Shown: positions 9,955-20,962, counted from the stretch's first letter. The stretch: DNA of 64,000 nt from Patescibacteria group bacterium (GCA_018969615.1 JAGWYA010000001.1:54567-118566); one strand, 5' to 3'. Program-made: numbers and translations. The notes: generated by a model from the letters alone, not told the origin.

Positions 9955-10680
9955 ATGAACGACACGACACCGAATAACGGTAAGCCAAAACTGAACGTTC
10001 CGGCAAAAATGCTGCCGGAGATCAAGCGGCCGGTCCATGACTGGCGCTCATCCGCGCATTGGCGCGTCTTCCGCATCATGGCCGAGTTCGTCGATGGGTT
10101 CCAATTCCTCGCTGATTTTAAAAAGACCGTAACCTTCTTCGGATCGGCGCGGTTCCCCGATACGGATCACTGGTATCAGGAAGCGCAAAAGCTTGCCCGG
10201 CTCTTGTCCCAGGAGGGCTATTCGATCGTGAGCGGCGGCGGCCCGGGTATTATGGAAGCGGGAAACCGCGGCGCCGTTGAAGGGCGCAAAGGGGACTCGA
10301 TCGGCCTGAACATCCAGCTGCCGTATGAACAGCGTATCAATCCGTACGTCAAAAAACCGATCGGCTTCCATTATTTCTTTACCCGGAAAGTGATGCTCTC
10401 ATATTCGGCGCAGGCCTATGTCTTTTTCCCAGGAGGATTCGGAACGTTCGATGAAGTGTTCGAGATCCTCGTGCTCATTCAAACGCATAAGATCTACAAA
10501 AAGATCCCGGTCGTCCTGATCGGGAAGGATTTTTGGGGAGCCGTTGATCAGTTTATCCGCACGACCATGCTTAATAAGTACCAGACGATCGATGAAGAAG
10601 ATCTGGCGATCTATTCGATCGTCGATACGGCCGAGGAAGCGCTGAAGATCATCCGAACTTCCAAGCCGCGCAAAGATTAG
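9955..10680 (+). CDS. LOG family nucleotide monophosphate nucleosidase
   Basis: SGGGPGIMEA, YFFTRKVML, FPGGFGTFDE. Confidence 0.92.
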   Translation: MNDTTPNNGKPKLNVPAKMLPEIKRPVHDWRSSAHWRVFRIMAEFVDGFQFLADFKKTVTFFGSARFPDTDHWYQEAQKLARLLSQEGYSIVSGGGPGIMEAGNRGAVEGRKGDSIGLNIQLPYEQRINPYVKKPIGFHYFFTRKVMLSYSAQAYVFFPGGFGTFDEVFEILVLIQTHKIYKKIPVVLIGKDFWGAVDQFIRTTMLNKYQTIDEEDLAIYSIVDTAEEALKIIRTSKPRKD

Positions 10681-10683
10681 CGC

Positions 10684-11697
10684 TTATTGTCCGTCCGGCA
10701 CCTGATTGACGATCTGTCCCGCGGTGAACGCAGTAATATCGCCGAGAGCGGTCGTCAGGATACGCACCAAAGCCTCTTGGGAATTGAACGCGGTGTGGGG
10801 CGTAACTAACACGTTCGGCATCTGCATAAGCTCCTTGTTCAGCGCTACGGTCTGAAGCGCCTCTTCGCTCAAACCCTCCGGCGCCGATCCGCTCAGCGAT
10901 GCTTTTGTCTCATTCTCTTCTTCAAGGACATCAAGCCCTGCGCCCGCCAGCTCTCCGCGTTTGAGCGCACTCACAAGCGCCCCGGTTTCGATCAATGCGC
11001 CGCGGGCGGTATTGATCACATACGCTCCTTTTTTCATAAAACCGATATTGTTCCTATTAAGCAAATGCTTGTTTTGAGGCGTATAGAGGCAATGGAATGT
11101 GATCACATCGGAACGTTTCAGAAGATCCTCAAAGGACACATAAGTAAAACCAAGTTCGGCGGCCGCTTTCGCATCAGGATAGGGATCGGCGGCGATCACA
11201 TCCATCTCAAATCCCTTGCAGATCTTGATCATTTTTTTGCCGATCCGGCCGGTGCCGATGACCCCGATGGTCTTATGCGCGAGATCGACACCGCGGAGGT
11301 CGGCAAGCGCGAACGATCCGCTCCGTTTGATCTCATCGATCGCGCGGTATAGGTGACGGGTCAGATTAAGCAGAAGGCCGAAAGCAAACTCAGCAACCGT
11401 ATTATCGCCATAGCCGGGCACATACAGCACCGCAATGCCGCGTTTCTTGCATTCAGCAAGATCGATATGGTCATAACCGGTCGAGCGTGTCGCGATACAT
11501 TTCAGATCAGGGAAAGCGCTCAATGCCTGCGCATCAAGACGGGAGTTCACAAAGATCGACAGCACCTCAAGATCGCGCCGCTCCGGCAAAGATCCGGCGG
11601 TGATCCTTTCCTTTGAGAAGGACAGTTCATGGACGGGGAGCGCCGCAGTGATCTGGTCCTGCTCCCATCCCTCCAGTTCAAAAAATCCTATTTTCAT
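10684..11697 (-). CDS. D-isomer-specific 2-hydroxyacid dehydrogenase (D-lactate dehydrogenase-like)
   Basis: RSTGYDHID, GTGRIG, INTARGALI, TPHTAF. Confidence 0.92.
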   Translation of the reverse strand: MKIGFFELEGWEQDQITAALPVHELSFSKERITAGSLPERRDLEVLSIFVNSRLDAQALSAFPDLKCIATRSTGYDHIDLAECKKRGIAVLYVPGYGDNTVAEFAFGLLLNLTRHLYRAIDEIKRSGSFALADLRGVDLAHKTIGVIGTGRIGKKMIKICKGFEMDVIAADPYPDAKAAAELGFTYVSFEDLLKRSDVITFHCLYTPQNKHLLNRNNIGFMKKGAYVINTARGALIETGALVSALKRGELAGAGLDVLEEENETKASLSGSAPEGLSEEALQTVALNKELMQMPNVLVTPHTAFNSQEALVRILTTALGDITAFTAGQIVNQVPDGQ

Positions 11698-11720
11698 AAC
11701 GGTATTTTTTTAAAAATGAT

Positions 11721-13013
11721 CTACTCTTTGATCGCTATCAGTATATCAGACACGTTCGCGCCTGTATTGCCGGTCCGTATGAAGTCTTTTGCTTTTTGAA
11801 AAAAGAAGTACGAGTTATTCTCTTGAGTTGCAAGATAGCGCGCGGGATCAAGGCGCAGCGATTCCGCCGCCCGGACCGTACGGACATCGCCGATCGCACC
11901 GCCGACATCGGTATTATCTTTTCCATCCGTATCGAACGAGATAAGACAATGTCCTTTTTTCAGATAGGGAAGCGCCGCAAGGACCAATTCCTGGTTCCGG
12001 CCGCCTTTTCCCGGTTTATGAATGAGCGCGACCGTGCTTTCGCCCCCATACAGCAGAACGGTTCTCGGCCGTTCTTTTGCAAGCGCCTTCGCGATCTTCG
12101 GCCCCAGATCTTTCGCCTCGCCGGCCAGCGTTGCGGTCTTAATGATCGCGCGATACCCGCGGCGCCGCGCTTCCGCTTTCATAGCGATGAGGGCCGTTTT
12201 ATTCGAAACGACGATCTGATTGGTCACCTTGGTAAAATATTTCTTTTCCTTCGGCGTTTCAATGAGCGAAAGAGGCTGCAAATAGCATTTCTTCCAGATC
12301 AGGTATTTATTTAAAAGCTTTTTCGCATCCGCAATCGTGGTCGTATCCCGGACCGTCGGCCCCGAAGCAATGAACTCGATGTCATCGCCGGGAACATCGG
12401 AAAAGATGAGCGAGATCACGCGGGCGGGGTACGCATATTTGGCGAGCCAGCCGCCGCGCGCATACGAAAGATGTTTGCGGATCGTGTTCATTTCTTTGAT
12501 CGGTACGCCGGCGGCGAACAGGCACCGGACGATCGTCACCTCATCCTGGCAGGTGAAGTTCCCCGGCTGGCAGAGAAGCGCGGATCCGCCCCCGGATACC
12601 AGGAACAAGACCAGGTCGTCCTTCCGCATATCCTTTAAAAGATTGATGATCTCGCGCGTCACATCGATGTTCGTTTCGGACATGAACGGGTGAGTGCCGA
12701 CCAGCGACGTGATCCGATGAAGCTTTCTTCCCTGAACATCCAGAACGATCCCTCCCGCAAGCCGGTCGCCCAGAATGCGCTCGATTGTCGCGCCGGCCTC
12801 CAGCGCGCATTTTCCGATCCCGACGACGAAGACCCGTTTCACGCCTTTCAGTGATACTTTTTTCCCCTGAATGAACAGCTGATCGTCCCGGAAATCAACC
12901 GCATCTTTCACGACCTTCGTGGTTTCGATCGCATCCAATCCCGCCTCCAAAATACCCAGCGCATCCTTTCGCAAGGCGGTTTTTGCAAGCGTTGTATAGT
13001 TTTTTACTCTCAT
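11721..13013 (-). CDS. Glycerate 2-kinase (MOFRL/DUF4147 family)
   Basis: VSGGGSAL, IRKHLS, SDVPGDD..IASGPT, GGRNQE, TGANVSD; start at MRVKNY preceded by a -10 box. Confidence 0.9.
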   Translation of the reverse strand: MRVKNYTTLAKTALRKDALGILEAGLDAIETTKVVKDAVDFRDDQLFIQGKKVSLKGVKRVFVVGIGKCALEAGATIERILGDRLAGGIVLDVQGRKLHRITSLVGTHPFMSETNIDVTREIINLLKDMRKDDLVLFLVSGGGSALLCQPGNFTCQDEVTIVRCLFAAGVPIKEMNTIRKHLSYARGGWLAKYAYPARVISLIFSDVPGDDIEFIASGPTVRDTTTIADAKKLLNKYLIWKKCYLQPLSLIETPKEKKYFTKVTNQIVVSNKTALIAMKAEARRRGYRAIIKTATLAGEAKDLGPKIAKALAKERPRTVLLYGGESTVALIHKPGKGGRNQELVLAALPYLKKGHCLISFDTDGKDNTDVGGAIGDVRTVRAAESLRLDPARYLATQENNSYFFFQKAKDFIRTGNTGANVSDILIAIKE

Positions 13014-13068
13014 CGCCTTTATCATAACGCAGTTCGCACCGCTTCGCGACGAGCGCGCGGGGGATAAC

Positions 13069-13094
13069 AAAAAACCGCACGAATGCGGTTTTTT
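13069..13094 (-). terminator. Intrinsic terminator after typA
   Basis: aaaaaaccgca-cgaa-tgcggtttttt. Confidence 0.8.
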
Positions 13095-13095
13095 T

Positions 13096-14886
13096 CTACT
13101 TTCTGAGCTGATTCTTGAGAATGCGCTTGCGGAGACGGAGGCTTTTCGGTGTGACCTCCAGCAATTCATCATCTCCCAGATATTCCAGGCACTGCTCAAG
13201 CGACATGATCCGCGGAGGAATAAGGTCGTCGGTGACCGCATCGGTCTTCGCGCGGAAGTTGGTCAGCTGCTTTTGTTTGCAGACGTTCAGTACCAGATCC
13301 TCGGCCTTGGCGTTCTGTCCGACAACCTGTCCTTCATACACCTTCACGCCCGGTCCGATGAACATTTCGCCGCGCTCCTGCGACATGAGCAGGGCATAGG
13401 CGGTCGAGGTTCCGGTCTCATGGGCGACCAGCGATCCGTGCGGATTGGTCTGAATATCGTTCCACTGCGGATGATAGCCCGCAAACAGGGTATTGATGAT
13501 GCCGTTTCCTTTCGTATCGATCAGGAACTCATTGCGGAATCCGATAAGCCCGCGGGTCGGCACGAAGAAATGGAAATTAGCGATCCCGTTCTCCACGCTC
13601 ATGTTCTTCATTTCGCCTTTGCGGCGGCTCATCTTCTCGATGATGGTCCCGGAATACTGCTCCGGCGCTTCGATCCAGACATCTTCTGCCGGCTCAAGCG
13701 TCTTTCCGTTCTCTTCTTTCATGATGACCTCCGGCTTCGAGACCTGCAGCTCATATCCTTCCCGGCGCATCTTTTCGATCAAGATGCCCAAGTGCAGTTC
13801 GCCGCGGCCGCTCACGACGAACTCGTCAGGCGATTTCCCCGGCTGAACCTGCAATGCGACATCGTTGTCGATCTCTTTTTCCAAACGTTCCTTCAAATTG
13901 CGGGACGTGCAATACTGGCCTTCCTGTCCGGCGAACGGGGAGTTGTTCACGCTGAAGATCATTTTCACCGTCGGTTTCTCGATCGTGATCGGCGGCAATG
14001 CCTCAGGATTTTCCGCCGCGGCAACCGTATCGCCGATATTGATGTTCGGAATACCCGAAAGAGCCGCGATATCACCGGCTTCCATTTCTTTGACCTCTAC
14101 CTTGCTCAACCCGAGGAAGGTCATCAGCGAGACCACTTTTGTGTTTACGATCTTCCCTTCACGGCTGATATGGGCGATCGACTGGCCTGCGGCTATTTTC
14201 CCCCGGGAAATACGGCCGATGCCTATCTTGCCTTTGTAATTATCGTAGCCGATCGAGGTGACCATCACCTGGAGCGATCCCGCGGCATCCGCCTTCGGAG
14301 CGGGAACGTGTTCAAGTACCGCGTCAAAGACCGGTGCGATATCCTTCATTTTTTCCATTTCCGGAGACAACCCCGCAAGTCCGAGCTTTCCCGCAGAATA
14401 AATGATCGGGAAGTTCAGCTGCTCATTGTTCGCTCCCAGCTCGATAAAAAGCTCGATGACCTTATCAAGCACATAGTTCACGCGGGCGTTCTTCTTGTCG
14501 ATCTTATTGATCACCACGATGATCTTCAAACCCATCGCCAGGGCTTTCTTCAGCACGAACCGCGTCTGCGGCATCGGACCTTCCTGGGCGTCCACGAGCA
14601 GCAGCGCGCCATCCGCCATATTCAAAACACGCTCCACTTCGCCGCCGAAATCAGCGTGGCCCGGCGTATCGATGATATTGATCTTCGTGTCATGGTAAAC
14701 AACCGCGGCGTTCTTGGAAAAGATCGTGATGCCGCGTTCGCGTTCAAGTTCATTCGAGTCCATGATCTGCGCCTGCTCGCCAAGCTTGCCGAGGTCGGTA
14801 TCGGACTGCTTCATCATAATATCCACGAGCGTGGATTTTCCGTGGTCGACGTGAGCAATGATCGCAATGTTACGAATTTTTTGCAT
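13096..14886 (-). CDS. typA: Translational GTPase TypA/BipA
   Basis: [51 protein letters not shown]. Confidence 0.97.
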   Translation of the reverse strand: MQKIRNIAIIAHVDHGKSTLVDIMMKQSDTDLGKLGEQAQIMDSNELERERGITIFSKNAAVVYHDTKINIIDTPGHADFGGEVERVLNMADGALLLVDAQEGPMPQTRFVLKKALAMGLKIIVVINKIDKKNARVNYVLDKVIELFIELGANNEQLNFPIIYSAGKLGLAGLSPEMEKMKDIAPVFDAVLEHVPAPKADAAGSLQVMVTSIGYDNYKGKIGIGRISRGKIAAGQSIAHISREGKIVNTKVVSLMTFLGLSKVEVKEMEAGDIAALSGIPNINIGDTVAAAENPEALPPITIEKPTVKMIFSVNNSPFAGQEGQYCTSRNLKERLEKEIDNDVALQVQPGKSPDEFVVSGRGELHLGILIEKMRREGYELQVSKPEVIMKEENGKTLEPAEDVWIEAPEQYSGTIIEKMSRRKGEMKNMSVENGIANFHFFVPTRGLIGFRNEFLIDTKGNGIINTLFAGYHPQWNDIQTNPHGSLVAHETGTSTAYALLMSQERGEMFIGPGVKVYEGQVVGQNAKAEDLVLNVCKQKQLTNFRAKTDAVTDDLIPPRIMSLEQCLEYLGDDELLEVTPKSLRLRKRILKNQLRK

Positions 14887-14924
14887 TGAAATAGTATACA
14901 GTATCTAAATGGAATTTACAAAAG

Positions 14925-14962
14925 GAAGGGGGCACTCCGACGCTGGATCGGAGTGCCCCCTT
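14925..14962 (-). terminator. Terminator of orphan unit
   Basis: aagggggcactccga / tcggagtgccccctt 15-bp stem. Confidence 0.75.
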
Positions 14963-14974
14963 AGGGTGAGGATG

Positions 14975-15253
14975 CTACGCGGGCGAGCCGATGGACATCT
15001 TCGTCTGCGCGAGTCGCACCAGCGACTTCATCTCCTTGGTGGTGCCCTCGTAGCGATGATGAAGCCCGTCGGTGAACTGCTTTTCCGGCTCGTAGAACTC
15101 GGTCAGGACAGCCCCGTCGGAGACCTGGATCACCCCGAATCCCATATCCAGATCGTATCTGAGCGAATCGAGCGCCTCATCCTTCTTCAGCTGGTCCTTC
15201 GAGCATTGCTTCTTCCCGCCGGCCGGACCCTTCAGAGTCGTGCGCGTGATCAT
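14975..15253 (-). CDS. Hypothetical protein (92 aa)
   Basis: SD AAAAGGAGG, upstream TTGACT-17-TACTCT promoter, own terminator, GC-rich third positions. Confidence 0.75.
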   Translation of the reverse strand: MITRTTLKGPAGGKKQCSKDQLKKDEALDSLRYDLDMGFGVIQVSDGAVLTEFYEPEKQFTDGLHHRYEGTTKEMKSLVRLAQTKMSIGSPA

Positions 15254-15417
15254 ATACCCCTCCTTTTCGTTTTATGGAATGTACAACGTGTACGACGATA
15301 CCTCGCAGTACAACGGGTATAGAGTATCATTTTTTATATAAAAAGTCAATGGTTTTTACACATAAAATAAAAAGGGCGCGCCGGATATAGTATCCGTACG
15401 CGCCCTTTGAGTTGAAA

Positions 15418-15801
15418 CTAGGCGACCACCACTCGGAGCGCTTCCTGCAGCGACATCTGCTGAGCGCAGATATGCCGGTAGGTCAGAGCCCGCGCGATGT
15501 TCAGATGAAGCTCCTTCATCCGCACCGGAATGGGATCGTCGGAAGGGGAGCGCTGAACGGCCTCCGCCAGCTTCTGGTGCTCGTCCCTGAAGACCCGCGC
15601 CGTTTCCTTGAACAGCTCCATCTCGGTCTTGTCGCCGAGGAAAAGGACCTCGCCGTCCTTGCAGCTCGCGACGACCTTGATCCTCTCTTCCTCGATCAGC
15701 GGCTGCGCGCGTTCGAACATCTCGCACAGCATCGTGACCGCGTCTTCGAAACTGCCGATGTAATCAACCGGCAGTCCGTCGATGACTCCTTTGATCTTCA
15801 T
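15418..15801 (-). CDS. Hypothetical protein (127 aa)
   Basis: SD GGAGG, promoter TTGACT-17-TATAGT near 15857-15885, terminator at 15371-15408. Confidence 0.75.
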   Translation of the reverse strand: MKIKGVIDGLPVDYIGSFEDAVTMLCEMFERAQPLIEEERIKVVASCKDGEVLFLGDKTEMELFKETARVFRDEHQKLAEAVQRSPSDDPIPVRMKELHLNIARALTYRHICAQQMSLQEALRVVVA

Positions 15802-15919
15802 CCCATCCTCCGTTCGTTTACAAAGTGCAAACCTTGCGGGATCCGCAATTAGTAATACTATAAACTATTTTCCATAGATAGTCAATAATAGAAAACCCGC
15901 ACGGTTGTGCGGGTGGAAA

Positions 15920-16210
15920 CTAGGAGCGCTTCATAATGAAGGGATTGGCCTGGATCGCACGGATCTGCGTCGGGGTTCCTTCGGCAACGATAATGAGAAT
16001 ATCGGCATCACCGCCCTCATACTTCATAAGCCGAACCTCGGTCTCTTCTTCGTTTATATGGAAAAGCCCGTAATTCTTTTGCACCGCATCAGTAAGCTCC
16101 CGCACTGCTTTCAAAAAAGGGAGCTTCGCTTTGCGAAACGGGTTTTCGTCATTCCTTTTCGATCCGTCAGGGGATTTTGTTGATCGCACGATCAGCCAGG
16201 TCAGGGTCAT
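15920..16210 (-). CDS. Hypothetical protein
   Basis: ORF from MTLTWLIV, upstream TATACT, terminator cccgcac/gtgcggg downstream. Confidence 0.55.
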   Translation of the reverse strand: MTLTWLIVRSTKSPDGSKRNDENPFRKAKLPFLKAVRELTDAVQKNYGLFHINEEETEVRLMKYEGGDADILIIVAEGTPTQIRAIQANPFIMKRS

Positions 16211-16280
16211 CGGCTCTTCTCGCGATAATACGGTACTGCTTTCAGTATAGGCGCCAAAAAGCCCGAAAAACAAGAGGAAA

Positions 16281-17384
16281 TTACTTCTTCAGCTGTTCGA
16301 TCACGGCAACTTCCAGAGGCACTGCGGCGAACGGAGAATAACGCATCTCACTATAGGCGCGGATCAATAAACGGATCAGCGCGGTCATTTTCGCGGGATC
16401 TGACATGCCGGCATGTTTTTGGAGCATGCCGATCTCATCTTTGGTCAATTCCCGCTGATATGCGGCAAGCAATCCGGGGTCCATTTTCAGCGTCAACGCG
16501 CGGCGCAAATAATGAATGAGGTCTTTCGTGAATTGCACCACGTTATAGCCGCCCTGTTCGATCTCGTGGATATAGGAAAGCGCTTCCGGGAGCGATCCTG
16601 CCAGTAACAGTTCCGCAAGCTGGGCGGTCTTCTTATAGCCGATCTTTCCGGCGATCCGTTCAACGTCCTGCAGGGTAATATCCTGGTCAAGCGATGCGAT
16701 CTGTCCCAAAAGCGATTCGGCGTCGCGGACGCTGCCTTCGCCGAGCGCGGCAACCAACTCAACCGCATCATCATCGATCATGATCTTTTCGCTCTTTGCG
16801 ATCGCATGCAATTTCGTAATGATCTCGGGCAAAGCCACTTTGCGGAAATGGAAGCGCTGTGTCCGGGACGAAATGGTCGCGGGCACTTTCTCATATTCGG
16901 TCGTTGCCAGAATGAACACGGCGTGCGCTGGCGGCTCTTCAAGCGTCTTCAGCAGCGCATTGAACGCTTCGCGGGTCAGCATATGCACCTCATCGATAAT
17001 AAAGACCTTGGAATGATACGAGGTCGGGGAGAGGCGGACGCCTTCCTGAAGATCGCGGATCTCATCGATGCCGCGGTTCGAGGCCGCGTCGATCTCGATC
17101 ACGTCCAGCGCATGGCCGGTATCGATCTCAGTGCACGGACGGCATTCATTGCACGGCTCGCCCTTCGCTTTGAACTTCGCATCCTTCTGGCGCTTCTCGC
17201 AGTTCACCAGTTTTGCGATCAAACGCGCGGTGGTCGTCTTTCCGGAGCCGCGCGGACCATAGAACAAATAGGCATGCGCGAACGCATCGCGCCGCGCGGC
17301 GTTCCGCAGGATCTCCACGATATGTTCCTGACCCAAAAGGTCTTCAAATGTTTTCGGGCGGTATTTCCGGTAGATCGCGAGCAT
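16281..17384 (-). CDS. dnaX: DNA polymerase III subunit gamma/tau (short form)
   Basis: YRKYRPKTF, GPRGSGKTT, EIDAASNRGID, DEVHML, NALLKTLEEPP. Confidence 0.96.
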   Translation of the reverse strand: MLAIYRKYRPKTFEDLLGQEHIVEILRNAARRDAFAHAYLFYGPRGSGKTTTARLIAKLVNCEKRQKDAKFKAKGEPCNECRPCTEIDTGHALDVIEIDAASNRGIDEIRDLQEGVRLSPTSYHSKVFIIDEVHMLTREAFNALLKTLEEPPAHAVFILATTEYEKVPATISSRTQRFHFRKVALPEIITKLHAIAKSEKIMIDDDAVELVAALGEGSVRDAESLLGQIASLDQDITLQDVERIAGKIGYKKTAQLAELLLAGSLPEALSYIHEIEQGGYNVVQFTKDLIHYLRRALTLKMDPGLLAAYQRELTKDEIGMLQKHAGMSDPAKMTALIRLLIRAYSEMRYSPFAAVPLEVAVIEQLKK

Positions 17385-17475
17385 AGAATGTCTTCAGTAT
17401 ACACTACATCTCCTTTTTTATGCACGTTGAATTGAGATTCCGCCTTATTTACCGTACACTGAAAACATAATCCCT

Positions 17476-18237
17476 ATGGAATACGAAGTCCGCCTGGATA
17501 AATTCTCGGGCCCGCTCGAAAAACTGTTAGAGCTGATCGAGGACCGGAAACTGGAAGTGACGATGGTGAGCCTCGCGCAGGTCACCGGCGACTTTTTGGA
17601 ATACCTGAAAACCATGGACGAGCAGGCGAAAGACCCGAGCGTGCTCGCGGACTTCGTCGTGGTCGCTTCGCAGCTCCTGCTGATCAAATCGAAAGCGATC
17701 CTTCCGTCGCTGGAATTGACCGAGGAAGAGGAGACCGATATCAAGGACCTCGAGCAACGCTTGCGAGTCTATAAAGAGTTCAAAGCGGCGAGCGAGATCA
17801 TGCGCAAGGCGTGGGATCAGCGTAAGTCTGTCTACGGCCGTGAGCTTTTTTCCGATCTTCCGCCGGTTTTCTACCCGTCCAAAAATATCACGCCGAACGA
17901 TCTGCGCGAACACCTGAACGAACTGCTTCATGAGCTTGGCCGGCTGATCCCGGAAAAACAAACAGTGAAGAAAGTGGTCATGACCCTCGAGCAGAAAGTG
18001 CGCGAGCTGCTGAACCGCCTCAGAGAACAGGCACAGCAAAGCTTCAAGAACCTTTCCAAGGACAAGCCAAAACTGGAGATCATCATGCTGTTCCTTGCCG
18101 TGCTGCATTTGATGCGCGAACGGCTGGTGCGTGCGGATCAGACCGGAGGGCAATTTTCCGATATTACGATCGATGGCGCTCCGCAGCCGCAGGAAAGCGA
18201 TCCGGCGACCCCCTCCGCATTGCCAAGCTCCTCCTAA
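17476..18237 (+). CDS. scpA: Segregation/condensation protein A
   Basis: FSGPLEKLLELI, LLLIKSKAILP, FLAVLHL. Confidence 0.93.
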   Translation: MEYEVRLDKFSGPLEKLLELIEDRKLEVTMVSLAQVTGDFLEYLKTMDEQAKDPSVLADFVVVASQLLLIKSKAILPSLELTEEEETDIKDLEQRLRVYKEFKAASEIMRKAWDQRKSVYGRELFSDLPPVFYPSKNITPNDLREHLNELLHELGRLIPEKQTVKKVVMTLEQKVRELLNRLREQAQQSFKNLSKDKPKLEIIMLFLAVLHLMRERLVRADQTGGQFSDITIDGAPQPQESDPATPSALPSSS

Positions 18238-18258
18238 ACCGAGTACTATAAAACGATT

Positions 18259-18933
18259 ATGGCGCAGCACGACCCCTCACAACTTATGGCCCAGATCGAA
18301 GCGCTTCTTTTTATTTACGGCGAACCGATCGACGCAAAAAAGCTCGCAAAGAACCTCGGCGTTTCCGAAGCGGATGTCCGCACAGGCCTTGCGGCGCTTG
18401 AACAGGAACTGACCCGCAGTGAGCGGGGATTGGCGCTTGTCGAAGACAAAGGAAAGGTTCAGCTCGTAACCAAGCCGGCATTCTCAAAGATGCTGGAATC
18501 GATCACGAAGCAGGAGTTCAGCGAATCGCTGACGCCGGCGGCGCTTGAAACGCTATCGATCATTTCTTATGCGGGACCGATCTCCCGTGCGGATATTGAA
18601 TATATCCGCGGCGTCAATTCCAGTTTCATCGTTCGCACACTTCTGATGCGCGGCCTCGTGGAACGCGCAACCGACCCGAAACGGGCGAACAGTTATCTCT
18701 ACAGCACCAGCTTCGAGCTCCTGCGCCACCTCGGACTTTCTAAAAATATCGATCTTCCTGAATATCAAAAATACCATGATCTGGTCCTGCATATGCACGA
18801 CGAGCTCCAGCAAAAGGACGCTGCGCAGCAGGCGATCGATCTTCCTCCCGCCGATGCAACGATCCCTGCCGAACCTTCATCGTTATCTGATGCGCCCGAT
18901 CAGCAGGCGGCATCTGACCAGCCGCAGCCATGA
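18259..18933 (+). CDS. scpB: SMC-Scp complex subunit ScpB
   Basis: IEALLFIYGEP, LTPAALETLSIISY, IEYIRGVNS. Confidence 0.94.
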   Translation: MAQHDPSQLMAQIEALLFIYGEPIDAKKLAKNLGVSEADVRTGLAALEQELTRSERGLALVEDKGKVQLVTKPAFSKMLESITKQEFSESLTPAALETLSIISYAGPISRADIEYIRGVNSSFIVRTLLMRGLVERATDPKRANSYLYSTSFELLRHLGLSKNIDLPEYQKYHDLVLHMHDELQQKDAAQQAIDLPPADATIPAEPSSLSDAPDQQAASDQPQP

Positions 18934-19913
18934 AGAGCCGCGACCTGACCATTCTTATCGCATGTTTCGTGCTCATCCTTGTTGCAGCAAAGCACGGGCA
19001 TGAGATCGCCGCGGTATCCGTGCCTGTACCATCGAGCGCCGCAGCGATCTCCGCATCACCGACCCCGATCGCGACCGGGCCTATTCTCGCGCAGGTCAAA
19101 CAGCTTTTCGATCCGGCGCCGGCGACAACCTCAACCCGATCCGTCTATCCCCGGCGATCGAACTGGACCCTGCTCGATCCTCATCTTTCCGTCCGAGCCG
19201 CGGGCGCCATGGACCTTGAGACCGGCGTCACCATGTACCAGCTCAACCCCAACGAGCGCTGGCCGCTCGCTTCGCTTTCTAAACTGATGACCGCCGTGAT
19301 CGCGATCGAAGATGTGGGAGTGAACACGCGCGTCACGATCACGCCGCAGGACCTGTCCGTTGACGGGATCTCCGGCGATCTGCAGGCCGGCCAGCAATAT
19401 ACCGTTGAACAACTGCTCACGATCATGCTGACGGTATCCAGCAACCGCGCCGCTATGGCGATCGCGGACACCTATGGATTCCAGGAGTTCGTTGACGCCA
19501 TGCAGCAAAAAGCCTCTCAACTGGGCATGACCCAGACCACCTACGTCGAACCGACTGGTTTGTCCCAGCTCAATGAATCGACCGTCACTGATCTTGAAAA
19601 GCTGGCCGCCTATATTTATACGAACCATCCGGAGATCTATGCGATCACCCGGCAGCCGAGCGCAACCGTTGAAGACCTGAACACCGGCGCAACGAACACG
19701 TTCTGGAACATCAACGAGTTCTCGCACACGCGGTCCGATTTCTACGGTGGAAAAACCGGCTTCACCGATGAAGCGGGGGAGAATCTGGTCACTTTGTTCA
19801 CGTATGGCGATCAGCATCTTCTGTTCGTCGTCCTGGGGACAACCGATGATCGCTTCACGCAGACCGAAATATTGTATAATTGGGTCATACAGGCATTCAC
19901 CTTCCACGCATAA
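18930..19913 (+). CDS. D-alanyl-D-alanine carboxypeptidase (peptidase S11)
   Basis: SxxK (ASLSKLM), SxN (SSN), KTG (GGKTGFT). Confidence 0.9.
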   Translation: MKSRDLTILIACFVLILVAAKHGHEIAAVSVPVPSSAAAISASPTPIATGPILAQVKQLFDPAPATTSTRSVYPRRSNWTLLDPHLSVRAAGAMDLETGVTMYQLNPNERWPLASLSKLMTAVIAIEDVGVNTRVTITPQDLSVDGISGDLQAGQQYTVEQLLTIMLTVSSNRAAMAIADTYGFQEFVDAMQQKASQLGMTQTTYVEPTGLSQLNESTVTDLEKLAAYIYTNHPEIYAITRQPSATVEDLNTGATNTFWNINEFSHTRSDFYGGKTGFTDEAGENLVTLFTYGDQHLLFVVLGTTDDRFTQTEILYNWVIQAFTFHA

Positions 19914-19915
19914 CT

Positions 19916-20962
19916 ATGGCGATCATCGAAGCCGCCCGCGTTCTGGGCCTTTCCGCTGTTTCATTCCTTATCGCGCTCGCGCTGACGCCGGCGGTCGTTG
20001 CGCTGTTGCGCCGTTTCCAATTCAACAAGCAGATCAGGAGCAAAGAATCGGCTCCGGTCTTTTATGAACTGCATAAAGGAAAAGAAAATACGCCGACCAT
20101 GGGCGGCATCGTCATTTGGGCGACCGTGCTTCTTCTGGCAATGCTTCTATTGGTTCTTGGAAAGATCTTCGGCGGCATGTGGGATTATTTGAATTTCGTC
20201 GACCGCGCGCAAACCTATCTGCCCCTCATGGCCATGCTGGTCGCCGCGCTTCTCGGTCTTTTGGATGACCTGATGGGCGTTTTCCGCATCGGAACGAACG
20301 GCGGAGGATTGAAAGTATCCCAAAAACTGATCATGTACCTGCTTCTCGCGCTCATCGGCGCACTGTGGTTCTATTTCCGCCTTGGCTGGAACGTGCTCTA
20401 TATTCCGTTCGTCGGAAGCGTGAATTTCGGCTGGTGGTATGTGCCGTTCTTCATGTTCATTATCGTCGGCAGCGCCTTCTCCGCGAACGAGACTGACGGA
20501 CTCGATGGGCTTCTCGGCGGCGTATCGCTGTTCAGCTTCGGCGCACTGACCGCAGTCGCATTCGCACTCGGACGGTTCCATCTTGCGGCGCTCAGCGGCG
20601 CCGTCGTCGGTGCACTGCTCGCATTCCTGTGGTTCAACATCTATCCGGCGCGCTTTTTCATGGGGGACACCGGTTCCATGGCGCTCGGGATCACGATGGG
20701 CGTTATCGCGCTCCTGACGAACACGGCGCTCTTTCTGCCGTTCTTCGCCGTCATTCCGGTCGTTGAATCGCTGTCCGTGATCGTCCAGATGACCAGTAAA
20801 AAATTGCGCGGCAAGAAGATCTTCCTCTCCACGCCGATCCATCATCATTTCGAGGCGCTCGGCTGGCCCGAAACAACCGTTACGATGCGCTTTTGGATCG
20901 TCTCGGCCGTCTTCAGCGCGCTCGGCATCTCGCTGTTCTTCATCACGCGCTTCATCTCTTAG
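19916..20962 (+). CDS. mraY: Phospho-N-acetylmuramoyl-pentapeptide transferase
   Basis: KENTPTMGG, NETDGLDGL, FMGDTGS, PIHHHFE. Confidence 0.96.
   Translation: MAIIEAARVLGLSAVSFLIALALTPAVVALLRRFQFNKQIRSKESAPVFYELHKGKENTPTMGGIVIWATVLLLAMLLLVLGKIFGGMWDYLNFVDRAQTYLPLMAMLVAALLGLLDDLMGVFRIGTNGGGLKVSQKLIMYLLLALIGALWFYFRLGWNVLYIPFVGSVNFGWWYVPFFMFIIVGSAFSANETDGLDGLLGGVSLFSFGALTAVAFALGRFHLAALSGAVVGALLAFLWFNIYPARFFMGDTGSMALGITMGVIALLTNTALFLPFFAVIPVVESLSVIVQMTSKKLRGKKIFLSTPIHHHFEALGWPETTVTMRFWIVSAVFSALGISLFFITRFIS

Noticed and set aside
13014-13241. N-terminal extension of the glycerate kinase ORF
   Set aside because: Overlaps typA and its terminator; a -10 box precedes the ATG at 13013
13273-14889. 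538-aa plus-strand ORF (also 28450-29517, 52684-53565, 20147-20983 and similar)
   Set aside because: Antisense shadows of clear genes (typA, obg, tgt, mraY) caused by codon bias; no motifs
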